Assembly: GCF_018977255.1 (NCBI RefSeq)
Contig: NW_024704743.1
Coordinates: 18,106,001 to 18,170,000 of the forward strand
Direction: 5' to 3'
From: Callorhinchus milii
Taxonomy: Eukaryota
Length of the DNA: 64,000 nt
Below the pieces are notes generated by a model that saw only the letters and a program-made list of their open reading frames with translations, was not told the DNA's origin and did not search any database. Of this stretch, positions 36,191 through 49,412 are shown one piece after another. The translations under genes were made by a program, and so were the position numbers. How positions within the stretch are numbered: position 1 is the first letter of the stretch; the number at the start of each line of letters is the position of its first letter.

Positions 36191-37834
36191 GGACACTTGA
36201 ATAGTTGAGACAGTTATCACAGCCTGGTTTGAATAGTCAAATGCATTACCTAGATAATCATAGGACACCAGCTGTTTTAGATTGTGAAAATGTAGACTTT
36301 CTACAACAATTTTTAGTCAACAAGTTCAGAAACCTTGGAAATACAGCGAGTGATTAACATTTACAATATACACAAACATTTTTGCTGCACCTTCCAACAG
36401 ATGCCCCTGCTGAATTGAGACAAAAACACACAAAGAGGAAACAAATATGCTCATCATGTTTAAGACGTATTCAGTATCTCCTGTGGATTCCAGTGAAATC
36501 CTGTTATATAATCAATAATAATAATTATAGGCAACAGGATGAGGCTGACACTTTGCTATATTTATGCATCACAGTTTTGAGGAACAAACAGAGCAAGCAA
36601 AGAGGGAATTTCAATATCTATATAAAGTAAAACAGGACTGAGCTGAAATTGCTTGAGTGGACGGTGATTTTGTTCAGAGTTACGCTCGTTCAGGTTAAAG
36701 TGAAGCCATTAGTAATTACTACACTCATCAGTTGAGTAATCAATTAATTTTATAAATAATAATAATCCTTGCATTTAATATGGGACTTATCACGGCTTTG
36801 AGACATCTCAAAGAACTTCACAGAATATACTGTAAAGTGAATTGACTGTATATTTTGTGGGCGAAGCATAGCAGTGTCCCACAAACAGTCATGGATTGAA
36901 ATATCTAATATTTAAATGTTTTCCCCCCAGATGCTTATGATAAACCTTGACAACTCTACACATTGCATCTAAACCAAGCTTCAGAAAAATGCGACTGAAT
37001 TTAAAAATAAAGGTTTTAAAAACAGCTTTAGTTGTTAAGGTCAAACTAAAGCAAGTTTCTATTGCAGATTTATCCATAACAATACAGTGTTAGAAACTAC
37101 ATCAAGTGCAGCGATGTGTACTTTTGATACCAGGACAAAGATCATGAGGCAGGTCTCAAGTTGGTCTCCCAACATAGCAACAATAAAGGTTCTCAGCATT
37201 GAGAATCCTTTTTAAAGTTATTGCACATATTAGGGTTAAATGAATAAAATGAATAAGATACTTCCACTTATTTTAAATATGGACTTACATTAGTGACACA
37301 ATAAATATTAAATTAGATTACAGCCAAAAGAGTCATTCTGGAGCACTCATTTATTTGGATAAAAGTGTTGTATTTTTATACAAATATATGTATTAATATG
37401 AATTCTGTTATGCATTTGAATTGCAATCCCCAAAAATGCCAGCCAGAAACAAACAGTTCTTCAAAATGAGACTCACTGAATGTGTTAGTTGCTGACTGCT
37501 GGATACATGCCTGCATATTTCTTTTTTTTTTAAAAACCTTTATTGCTGAAGACATTTTTATCTCCAGCTAGATTTCTGGTCAAAATAATCCCTATTAAGA
37601 CTTGTAATACTTCTGTCGTCTATTTAATTTCTTCTGCCCTCTGGAAATCTTCACCCAAAAGGTTGTTCTCATATTCATATTACTCAGAATTAATGACCTT
37701 TCGTAAAGTCTTTTTTTTCACAACAAAAACTCCCAGTTGGTGACAAATATAATTAGTGGAAAGAGTTTCATGGACAAGTTAGTTTTACATAATAGAAAAA
37801 AATCCAAAGAGTGCAACAGTTAATCACAATCTAT

Positions 37835-38056
37835 GGGAATAAATTCCACATGGGTCTAGATTTATTCTAATGGTGCATTACAAAGTGTCTAGAATTTGGC
37901 CTTAGCTTGAATTAGCCTTAAGGTTTAAGTTCATAAAAGAACATACAGAAAATCAGCTTCAAAATTAAGTCTGTATTTAAGAATCTGCCAAACTCTGGAT
38001 GCTCTGAAATTTTATGTAAATAGAGTAAATCTAGACCCAGGTGGAATGTCTTTCCC
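37835..38056. mobile_element. MITE-like element with ~35-bp imperfect terminal inverted repeats (copy 1)
   Basis: GGGAATAAATTCCACATGGGTCTAGATTTATTCTA ... TAGAGTAAATCTAGACCCAGGTGGAATGTCTTTCCC; internal sequence shared with 40050-40246. Confidence 0.75.
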
Positions 38057-38131
38057 GGTATGTAAACACATGATGGGAATGCTCTATGAATTTAAGCAGA
38101 TGTAAACTAAAAAAATTGTTCGGAACCTTAA

Positions 38132-38476
38132 AATAATAATATTTGCATTTGATACAGCGCCTTATCACATCATTAAGACGTCTCAAAGGACTTAACAGAA
38201 TACTGCAAAGTGAATTAACTGTATACTTTGTGGGTGAAACGCGACAGCTTTTTATGCTGCGAACACTGTTCCCACAAGTGTCCCACAAACAGTCATGGAT
38301 TATTGCACCCAAAAAACGATCCCCAATCGACTAACAACTGGATTCCTACTTACTCCTAGGTAAACAGAGGCGTGTGGAATAAGGAAGCGTGTCTAAGGTT
38401 TCGCCCTGCTCAGGAATCAAAACCGAGTCCTCTCGCATGTGAAGCGAGTGCTCTAACTAATACGCTACAGAACTCC
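38132..38476 (-). mobile_element. SINE family A, full length
   Basis: Tail, central domain and head all present. Confidence 0.9.
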
Positions 38477-38592
38477 ACAACCTTGAAATCCCCATCTGCC
38501 TTCATCGCAATCTACTGGCAATTTGCAAATTTAATTATATTAATTTTGAGTCTGGCTGGGATTACTAGTTACAAAACACATTACAATACCAG

Positions 38593-38671
38593 CCACTAGA
38601 GGGCAGATATCCACAGGTATTAAGATAAAGAGTCCATTTTGGTAAGTGCTCAAGTCAGCACTAGAGGGCAT
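38593..38671 (+). promoter_or_regulatory. Tandem pair of CTCF-type motifs
   Basis: CCACTAGAGGGCAG (38593-38606) fully matches the CCASYAGRKGGCRS core; GCACTAGAGGGCAT (38658-38671) matches 12/14. Same orientation, in non-repeat DNA. Confidence 0.65.
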
Positions 38672-40049
38672 TCTTCATTACCAGTGCCAATAACTGCTGC
38701 ACACAGTTAGTTAATCTAATCTATTCGAAGGCTCTTTCCAACAAACATTGTTAAAGAAGGCTGCAAAAAGAAAATAATCACAATGAGTAAGTATAAAAGC
38801 CAAGTAATTCTGCAATGAAAAACATCTAGGAAAGAATACAGTACTGTTTCTGTAGTTTGTTTCCTCAATGTTTTTCTGTCGATCGACATTTGGATTAGTA
38901 AGCAGCCAGTTAGTGCCACTACGGTAAAGCGGGACACACGCAGGCCAGATAGTGGGAGATTGGTGCAGTTGTATCGACTTGCACTGAATAGTTCAACAAG
39001 GTCCCTTGTTGCAGCAATGTGGAGCCAAGGAGTTAGGAATTATACTGCCAGCTCAGCATCTCTTTCGTACCCATTGAGAATTGTTATAAAACAGCAGGTT
39101 GATATAAAATACATCTTTCAAAATTAAGTTGCTTTTGCATTAACTAAAATTTGATTTTCAGTGGGTTAGAAAGCCAAAGAAACTAATTGGTGAGATACTC
39201 CATCCCCCAAATTGCTTTATATAAATCTCCAGCGCCTTGGGATGTCCTCCCGACGTGAAAGGCGGTATACAAATGTAATCTTGTTGTTGTTATATCTGAA
39301 ATAAGATACTGCAAAGTTTGTTACACGGATAGCTCAGTGAATAGTCAGAAGCTCTACTGTACTGCATAACCGTAAAAATAAAATTTGGTCACTCAATCCA
39401 GATTGTTCGTGGATCACTGTTGTGCGTAATTGGCTGCTGCATTTTGCCCACAAAATATAGTAAATTCACTTTACAGTATATTCTGTGAAGTGCTTTGAGA
39501 CATCTCAACTGGTTGATAAGGTGCTATATCAAATACAAGATTATTATTATTATAATAATTGGCCCATTACATATATACATTATATACATGCACAAATTAC
39601 ATTCAGATTGTGTGACTGGTGAATATTTATCTTTGTTGCAAATTTATGAAAATTCATAACCATCATGGGATCCTCATTAACACTTACCAGTAACCAACAA
39701 AAAAGACAGCCCACTGGGTCCAATTTAAATAGGATTCAAAGCCCTAATTGCAACTTCAGTTTACAAATATCAAAAACATCTAATTTTGGATTTTGTAAAA
39801 GAACTAATGGCAATCTCCAAAAAACATTTAATTGCAATATCAACAGGCTGGCCAGCAAATATTCTGATAGTGTTTTACTCTGTGGTCTTTTTTTCCCCAT
39901 TTACTGGCTTTTAAAAAAAAACATAATTAGCCCTTCTACGAACAATGCAAATTAGACCCTACTGACAAGATGGTGGATTTGCTTGACAAAAGTAAAAAGT
40001 GGGATTGAATAAATGGTTCAAGTCTTTCAAATTACTATAAGCAATATCG

Positions 40050-40246
40050 AGGAGAAATTCCACCTGGATCTTGATTTATTTTATTTACTTCACAGATGTG
40101 GCAAATCATTTCCAATTTGTTAAAATTGATTGTCTGTGTTCTTAAAAGGACTGGAGAAAATTAAGACTGTATTTAAGAATTTGCCAAATTCTTGTTACTC
40201 TGAAATGCTGAGAAAATAAATTTAGATCCAGGTGGAAATTTTACCT
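40050..40246. mobile_element. MITE-like element with imperfect TIRs (copy 2)
   Basis: AGGAGAAATTCCACCTGGATCTTGATTTATTTT ... AAAATAAATTTAGATCCAGGTGGAAATTTTACCT. Confidence 0.75.
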
Positions 40247-43018
40247 ATGCCTTATTGAAAATGTTTCTGAATGCTTAGGGTTTAGGTTAACAGTACACTA
40301 ATGATTCAAAGTGCAGATCCCAAATATCATAAGGGCACACTTGCTTATAGGCTTTATTATTGCTTTCAATCTACCCAAACTTGTGCAAAATACACAAACT
40401 TGAGAGAGAGAATGCAACAGATTTTTGGCAAAAGAAGTAATTCAGGAGTACAAGAGTATTCCACGGTATTTTTCATGCTTTGGGACCAAGCAGCAGTGTA
40501 CAATGATGGTATACCTTGCTGACATGGATGAGATATGGCAGTCAAATTACTCATTCCCATGTTGCTTTATCCAACATGCGCCGGCTAAAATTTTCAGCCT
40601 CAATTTATTCCCATCAAAGCCCTTAAGAATCAGCTGTTTCCCAGAGTCTCTTTTGGTAAAAAAAGGGAGGTCATCTAATACCAGTTTTACACTATGAGTT
40701 TGTCTCTGGTGGCAAGCAAATCTTTGGGGGGTAACGTTAGCTACATTTCTTTACTTAAAAGTTTTGAGCAAAAAAAGGAATCTGGACCAAAATGCTTCAG
40801 TGCGCCCGTCCACACTTGTACTGTTGTCAAGTATTGCGATGATATTGACACACACAAGCAAAGGCAAACTGCCACGGTTTTTTTTTGCAACCTGCACTTG
40901 CCAAATAGTGGCAGTTAATTTCCCAAACCCTCAACTCCCCCAAAAAGGCAGGAGATTCTTTGTCTGGTTTTCAGGTACATCCCTCAACTATGTTACCATT
41001 ATTTGGCAACTGGACATAATTCCAAAACTTTATATGGGTGAATACGCAAAGTATCATTTGACACAGGAGGGCTCTGGAAGTCATATTTTGGCTTTCAGGA
41101 TTCTGGATCTGAATACAAATATAACATCATATAAAAATGTTATAATTTGTCAAATTAAATCTGTCAAATACCTACTCGAAGAAAGCTCACTTTAATATTA
41201 ATGAAGTAGCTGTGAGAAGCTCTGAAGAGATGTTTATTGCAGCTTTCTCATTTCTGTCTGGTAAGAAATTGCAAGACACATCAACACCTTTCCACTTCTT
41301 GTTACCAATTGTCAGATTTCTCTATGCAAGTGTGAATGTGATATCGGATCAGTTTTAATTGCTATAGCTTTATAACTAATGTGAACTCTGTTATGGTGCA
41401 GTGAGTTTCACTGTGAAATAGTTCTCAAAAAGGAACTTGTAGCATCATTCCCAAAAGAACGTTTCCAAATAATCTTGAATTTATGTTGGTTGTGGATTTA
41501 ATTCCCTTTTCCCCTTGCTGTCTCTTCAGCACTAGAAACTGGATGGATGTGCTGCACCTTCGGTTCACAGCAGACCTGTGCTCTAAGTGAAACGGCACAT
41601 GTTTTAATGGGACCACCTGATAGTTAGGCTACAACTAGCTTTCATAGCGTGGGGTAGTGGTGATCTTTTTGACCATGTCAAAATCATTATTTGCCTTCAC
41701 TTCCGAGAGGGTTAAGTGGCAATCAGATAATCTAGAAAACTAGAAGTGTCTGAAACTAGTAGTGTCGTGTAGGGGGAAGGGGGAGAATGCAATGATTAAA
41801 AGGTTAAAAAAAAGTCTGAAGATATTCCATATATTAAGATTCTGACAATTGTCTTTGGGAACACTCAAAAACTGACAATTTCTTCAAGGTGGTACAAAGG
41901 TGATCCAATTACTTCTCGCACAGATCATTTTTTTGCACAGAACTACAAATGTGGGTTTTGAGAAAATATATAAATAGCAAAACGATTTGAGTTCTTGGGT
42001 TATAAATCAGACTGTTGGACAGTCTTCGCTTGCACAGTTTTCTTTGCAACTATAGAACATAAAAGTAAAGCTTATCCTATTGGGGATCACTTTCTTTCCG
42101 AATTTCAAAATGATCAATTGTTCAATGTCTATTAATCTGCATCTTTCCTTTGGCTTAGCCATTCACTACTGTGTCACCTTATTATTGAAAACAATGTGTA
42201 AGTGGTTGGTCAACATTTAAAAGTGTGCCAAATTTTGGACAATTCTTAAACCTTTAAACCTCAGGAAAAACTGTATTGCTTAAAAAAATAACTGAATTTA
42301 AGACTTCTCCCAACATGCTGCCCAATCCTACATTTTCAGACAATGGCCTAAAGGCTAAAATCATGAGAAATTTAATTTTAACATGTTATGCTATAACGTG
42401 AATTCACTACAATGAGGTTGCACTTTGAATCCAATTCATTACACGCTTTCATTTCCTGCAAGTACAAAGCAAGAAGTGACACGGAGCTGGAGGTCAGCCA
42501 TTTTAGCTTACTGTTCTGTAAAAATGGCTCATGCCCAAATCACCATCAACATCAACGTTACTTTCTCCTTTGTGAATCAGCAGAAAACAGGAAATGACGT
42601 TGCCGGTGACTTTAGCACAGAAAGGGGCTGGGACATAGGATAGGAGTCAGCTGGCTGCAGCTTACTGTAACCACTATCAAGCTACTCTGTACGTGTGAAA
42701 CAATGACCTTTTGCTTCAAAGTTGGCAGGTATTGCAAGCACACGTTATAGATGTTTCAGGTGTGTCAATCCTTGACTACCAATACTCCCAATGAAGTACT
42801 GTAATAATTTTATGAAGAAGTTATCTGACTCACGGACTCTCAACCTGCAGCCATTTGATAGAAGGTGATGTGTGTGAGTGGGGTTGAATGTAGTGCTGGG
42901 TACATGAGTGTGATAAGAAAAGTTGAATTATGTGTCTGTTTGTAGCAGCCTCTGGTAAATCATGAAAGAACCAGTTTTCACTCACAAAGAAGAGCTAAGT
43001 CTGATCAACTGCTGGAAC

Positions 43019-43200
43019 AGATTTACATAAATGTACATAAACTTTACAGCGCGGATATAGGCCATTTGACCCAACCAGACCAGTCCAAACCAGTGCTTAT
43101 ACACCAAATCAGTGCTGTTCCACCCATACGCTTCTGTTCTATTCTCCCTCATGTGTATATCCAGTTTCCTACTGAATGCATCAATACTATCTGCTTCCAG
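43019..43200 (-). mobile_element. CR1 3' end
   Basis: EADSIDAFSRKLDIHM remnant and 3' UTR; same type as 6708-7179. Confidence 0.82.
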
Positions 43201-43418
43201 TACTAGCAGCAGACTGTTTGCAGATGCCACCCACGTGAAGGGTGCTATCTGTATAAAAGCAAGTCGTTGTTTGCAGATACCTAGAGAAAGTTGACAGAAA
43301 TTTGCGAGAGGTGGTGTGGAAGGCTGTCTATAAGCCAGGATTTAAAGAGAGGGCACATTTTCTAACACCAGAAACATTTCTAAAGGTCTATAAAATGAGG
43401 TGGACACATTCCTCAAAA

Positions 43419-45350
43419 TTAGAAACATAGAATTATACAGCACAGAAGAAGGCCATTTGGCTCATCTTGTCCATTGCTGGCTCTTTGAAAAGAGCTATCC
43501 AAATTAATCCCACTCCCCGCGCTCTCCCCATAGCTCCCCAAATAATTATCTACTTCTCTCTTAAAAGTTGTTACCAAATTGGCTTCCACCATCCTTTCAG
43601 GCAATGCATTCCAGATCTGAACAACTCGCTGTGTGAAAACATTTCTCCTCATCTCCCCTTTGTTTCTTTTAACAACTATTTTAAATCGGTGTCCTCGGGT
43701 TACCAACCCACCCGCCAGTGGAAATAGTTCCTCCTTGTTCACCCTATCGAAACCCCTCATAATTTTGAAAACTTCTATTTAGTCTCCTCTTAACCTTCTC
43801 TGCTCCAAGGAGAATAATCCTAGCTTCTCTAGTCTCTCCTGATAACTGAAGTCCCTCATTCCTGGTACCATCCTGGTAAATCTCCTTTGTACCCTCTCCA
43901 ATGCCTTGACATTCTTCCTAAAGTGTGGTGCCCAGAACTGACTCTAGCATTTTATAAAGGTTCATCATAACTTCCTGACTTCTGTATTCTGTTTATAAAG
44001 CCTAGTGTCCCATATGCTTTTTTTTACAATTTTATCTACCTGTCCTGCCACCTTCAAAGATTTACTTATATGAACCCCCAGGTCTCTCTATTCCTTCACC
44101 CCCTTTAAGATTGTACCGTCAGCTTATATTGTCTCTCCTCATTCTTCCTCCCAAAATACATCACTTTGCATTTCTCCACATTAAACTTAATCTGCCACCT
44201 GTCTGCCCATTTTACCAGTCTGTCTATGTCCTCTTGCAGTCGGCTACTATCCTCCTCACTGTTTACTACTTTTCATCTGTAAACTTGGAAATTGTACTCC
44301 CTGTACCCAAGTCCAGCTCATTCATATAGATCAAAAACAGCAGTTGTCCCAATACTGACCCCTGGGGAACACCACTGCACACTTCCCTCCAGTCGGAAAA
44401 ACAATTTTTCACCACCACTCTTTGCTTTGTCTCCCAGCCAGTTCTGTATCCATGCTGCCACTGTCCCTTTAATACCATGGCCTTCTATTTTCCTTACAAG
44501 TCTCTTGTGTGGCACTTTATCAAACACCTTTTGAAAATCCATATAAACTACATCAACTGCACTACCTTCATCCACCCTCTCCGTTACTTCATCAAAAAAC
44601 TATCAGGTTTGTTAGACATAATTTGCCTTTAACAAATCTGTGTTTGCTGTCCTTTATTAACCCATATTTTTCTAAGTGAAAATTTATTTTGTCCCGGATT
44701 ATAGTCTGGAGAAGTTTCCCCACTACTGACTAACTACAGGCTGACTGGCCTGTAGTTCCCGGGTTTATCCTTCTGCCCCTTTTTGTACAGGGGAGTAATA
44801 TTTGCAACCCTCCAGTTCCTCTGGCATCACCCCAGTGTCCAAGGAGGATTGAAAGATTGTGGCCAGAGCCTCCGTTATTTCCACCCTTATTTCCCTCAGT
44901 AACCTAGGATGCATCCCATCCGGACCGGGTAACTTATCAACCTTGAGCACTGACAACCTTTTTGATACCTCCTATTGGTTTATTCTTATCCAATTTCTCT
45001 ACCCTCTCCTCCGATACTGTGGCATTGGCTGCATCCTCTTCTTTTGTGATGACACATGCAAAGTACTCATTCAGTACGTCAGCCATGCCTTCTGCCTCCA
45101 CAAGAAGATTTCCTCTTTGGTACCTAATTGGACCTACCTTACTTTTGACTAATCTTTTATTCTTTATATGCTTATAAAATACCTTAGGTGTCCCTTTATT
45201 GTTGCCTGCTAATTTTTTCTCATACAGTCTCTTTGCCCCTCTTATTTCCTTTTTCAGTTCTCCTCTGTACTTTCTATATTCTATTTTATTACCTTCTGTG
45301 TTTTGGACCGGACATTTATCATAAGCCTCCTTTTGCTGTTTTATATTAAT
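43419..45350 (-). mobile_element. CR1 LINE, 5'-truncated ORF2 (RT) with 3' UTR, degenerate and internally deleted
   Basis: PGPDGMHPRLLRE, VDVVYMDFQKVFDKVPHKRL, SGVPQGSVLG, ISKFTD, TRGHRFK and FTQRVVQIWNALP motifs in frameshifted ORFs. Confidence 0.95.
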
Positions 45351-45659
45351 CCCAATCCATTAAAAAAGTTTAAATATCTGGTTTACGGACACTTAAAATA
45401 GTGATGCAGGATAAAGGCAAAACAAATGAAAGATGTGTGTGAAAAATACTTGTTAAAATATAGCACTCTCGGTTTGCTTGATGGGCACTCTCATTAACAC
45501 CTGTCTAACACTTGTTCTCTGGATCTGCTAAACCCAACACATGAAAAAAAAATTAATCCTGAATGGAGCACAGTGACCCTAAAAGTGTTTCTATCTGGGT
45601 GAAAGGCCATCCTTTTCATCTGATAGAATGAACAAAAAAAATCATCGTTCTTAATACAA

Positions 45660-46178
45660 TCCATCCACTCCCTGGCCCCTCCTCATCTCACTGATCTTCT
45701 GCTCCTATCCTACTTCTCCACTCGCCCTCTTCACTCAGATAACTCAGGCTTGCTGCATAACCCAAATCGCTCTGAGACGCTACCCTGCATAAGGGGAGCT
45801 TTATAAATGCAAGTTGTTATTGTTACCCAGCTCCACTGGCTCCCCATCACTCAGAGGATACAGTTCAAGATCCTGGTTCTTACCTTCAAAAACCCTCCAT
45901 GGCCTTGCTCCTCCCTACCTCTGTGACCCACCATTAGCGGACGAGCCTTCAGCCTCTCTCCCCCATCCTCTGGAACTCTACCCCGCAGTCCCTCCGCCTT
46001 GCCCTCTCCCTTGCCTCTTTCACAACCCTCCTCTTCGACCGTGCCTTCGGTCACCCTCCTACCCCTACCCTCCACCCTTGCTGATCCCAACCACCAGCTC
46101 GGGTGCAGATCCCTGACTGTCCAGCATTTTGGGAGGTCCTCCTGACGTGAAGCGCTATACAAATGTAATTTATTGTTG
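45660..46178 (+). mobile_element. Two adjacent L2 3' fragments (45660-45822 and 45828-46178)
   Basis: First ends with the second tail type. Second has CTCCACTGGCTCCCCATCACTCAGAGGATACAGTTCAAGATC (LHWLPI.QRI.FKI) and the first tail type. Confidence 0.85.
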
Positions 46179-48364
46179 TCCCCCGCTGTCTCTGTGGCAC
46201 CATTGGTGGTCGATCATTCAGTTCCTACAATCCTACAATCCTACAACTGCAATACCCATTAGTATTGCAGTTGAATCGGACCCTCTGTATTGCCAATACT
46301 CCTTACTAGGAGTCCAAGCTGGAAGTAGAGTTGGGGGGGTGGTGGTCGGCGAAATGAGAGAAAAGTGGCCAAAAGCATGGCTGAAGAGATGGGACTTGAG
46401 CCAGTTATTGAAGGCAGGGAGAGAGGAAGGAGGCGAGGCACAGCAGGCAGGTGATGTGAAGCAGGAAGTCACAGAGGTAGGGTGGGTGGTATTTGGGTAC
46501 TTTGGAGAGTTTGACCGGCTAATTCTGCGCAAATTACCATTGCGGAATATTGTCAAGATTCCCACTCCTTCTCTAGCTACAGCCATCCTGCCAGATGCCA
46601 CATGTGATGGCTTCATTGCTTGCTGCCACAATCGGAAATCATAAAGCAGGTAATGAATTAATTGACTGACCCGTCCCAAAATTAAGGGATTTTGATTCCC
46701 AAGGAAATCCTAGTCAGCAAGGGTCTAAATCAATTGCATTGCTAATGATGAATTTGATAATCATGACGTCTAATAGAGGACTAATTTATAAAATATTGTT
46801 TATAGTAAACACAGAAAAAAAAACTAACACTTTTATTTCAGTCCATAAACCAAAACATTGTGTTGTAATGGGGCGCAAAGCCAAAATGGCCACTATAACT
46901 TCCTGTTCGCTGCGCAGAGCGTGCAAATATTTAATCTAACAGTTAATCCACTTTACAGAATATCCTGTGACGCTCTTTTGATACAGCTGAACAACGTGAA
47001 AGACGCTATATCAAATGCAAGGATTATTATTATAACACGTGTCAACTACCAACATGACTTCCTGCACTCTGCATATTTGCACTGGTTGGTTTCAGTACTA
47101 AAAAAAATGGCTGACTTAATGTCACTGCCTTCGCCACTTTCTGCGCATCAGACATGTGCAGTTCATAGGAATGGACATTTGCAATGACCTTTTTACTGCA
47201 CAGGAAACTGGAGACTGTGTACCAAAACCAACTGCAGAGTCCACAAGACGCTGCCTTATAAAGGAGGCGCTTGATAATGGGGTTCTAGTGTATATAGAAA
47301 TGGATTTAGTCAAAAATTTTACGAGAAGTAAAAATGCTACACAACTCTATAATGAATGCATTCTCTATGCGATCAATTTTAAGATGCAGTTGTGAAATGT
47401 TTTGGTCAATTGAAACGATATGAAAAGCCACACTGTATTATCAGTTTATTTTACTCTGTGGATTTGCACCAGTTTAATTGTCCCAAAGAACATTGTTTTC
47501 TAACTGCAGTTGGCAAAGCTTATACCCTTTATATTTAAAAGGAGTAATTTACAGCAGAAGCATTGAAAACAAGAAACTGAAGACAAACAAAATGTGAAAG
47601 AAATCTATCACAGTACAGGACTGAAATATACTGTAATCGACTAAAAGATCAATAAAGAACTGTCAGTCATAAATTTATATGGTTGCTTAGAGGACTGCTG
47701 AAATTATATGCTGCCAAAATATGTATTAATCTATTTATCAAATAAAGGTAGGTGACAAGTTATCTTGTACACTCGGCACATCACAAGCATTTGAGAAAAG
47801 GGATGATATATGGGGATTTAGGTTGTTATACTGTATGACCAGTTATATTTTCTAAAGATATAAAGTGTGCACATCAGACAAAATGACAGCCTTGGAAAGA
47901 TCTTAAGCTGCCAGCTCCTTAACAGGTTCTCCTCTTCAGCTTCTATAACTGTGCATTTTTCCCCCTTGCATTTGGTATAGAGCTTTATCACATTGTTGAG
48001 AAGTCTCAAAGCACTTCACAGAATACTGTAAAGTGAATTGACTGTATATCGTGTGGGTGAAACGCAGTGTCCCACAAATAGTCATGGAGTCAGTGACCAA
48101 AATCAGTGTGATCCCATGAACTGGCAATCATTAGTAAAATAAATCTCCTCCCAAAGAAGATTTTTTTTTAAAACAAGCATCTTAAAATGTTCTGTATCTT
48201 TATATTGCCAAAGATACAACCAAATCAAAATGTCACTATTCTTGTCTCTTTGCAATTAACATCAGCTCAGAATTGCTGATGTTCATTCTACAGCTGAAGC
48301 TCCTGTAGGTGTACACATGATCAGAATACAGACACAAAAGCTAGCCACAGCCTTCAGAAAAACC

Positions 48365-48935
48365 CTCAATGTCAACATCCAATTTACATCCTGAAAATAG
48401 ACAAGAGAGAAACCTTCAAAAAAATATTTTACGAAACACACTTAACGCTAAAGTATTTTCTAAACCTAAGAAAAATGACACTCGTGCAAGTGGAAGTGTA
48501 AAACAATTTCATTGTTAACTTCAATCAAAAACCACCTTTCCTACTCTGCCATGCCAGAATATCAAAGCCCAATACAAATTGGACCAGACGAAGATATAGA
48601 CAAATAATTTCAATTTTTAAAAGCAATTGTTTTTAAGCAGGTTAGTAGATAAAACACACATCACCTCGACGAGCTAAACTGAAATAAACTGGACTCAAAT
48701 ATACGGTTATAAAAAATCATGGATGACCAATAACTCTGATTACATGGCACCACTTTTCACTGCTAATTTGTGAAATTCTAAGATAGAAAATGCCAAAACA
48801 TTAGCACAAACACTAAGATTGATATATACACAAAATAATGAAGGTCATCGGCAACACTAGATCAGGAACACTACAGCGGTGAGCCAGATGGAGAGTGGGC
48901 TAGTCAACATCATTAGAGGAACAAATAACCCTCAG
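48365..48935 (+). mobile_element. Possible very old Penelope-like element remnant (RT end and GIY-YIG endonuclease)
   Basis: NIQFT at 48374-48388; PCQNIKAQY-IG-QTK(R), needing small indels, at 48549-48594; later LAQ, KVIG and ES motifs in the expected order. Confidence 0.45.
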
Positions 48936-49022
48936 ATATCTGGGAAATATCATCAAGAAGCAACTCAGGAGATTTCCAAGCCAGGAACTGGCTGATTGCT
49001 ATCACCTGGAGCAGGGGCTATT

Positions 49023-49412
49023 TAATAATAATATAATAATAATCCTTGCATTTGATATAGCGCTTTATCACGTCTTTGAGACGTCTCAATGCGCTTCACA
49101 GAATATACTGTAAAGTGAATTGACTATATTTTGTGGGCGAAACGCAGCAGCCAATTGCAGACAGCAGTGTCCCACAAACAGTCGTGATTCAGTGACCAAT
49201 TTATTCAGTTATTTTTTAAGGAATTATTATTACCCCCGGGAATAGTGATCCGCCAGTCGACTAACAACCGGGTTTCTACTTACTGCTAGGTAAACTGAGG
49301 TGTGTGGAAACTTGCCCAACGTTTCACCCTGCTGGGAGTCAAACCCAGGTCAAAACGAGGCGAGTGCTCTAACCACTAAGCTACAGTATTCCCCACGAAG
49401 CTACGGGACTCC
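49023..49412 (-). mobile_element. SINE family A, full length, well preserved
   Basis: Tail, Deu-like block, central domain and head; 5' terminus appears duplicated. Confidence 0.93.

Noticed and set aside
42014..42315. Possible inverted-repeat element (similar weak cases at ~28620-28730 and ~46500-46680)
   Set aside because: End complementarity is too degenerate to support by eye.
47235..47246. SRF CArG box CCTTATAAAGG
   Set aside because: Has seven A/T bases between CC and GG rather than six, and is isolated.
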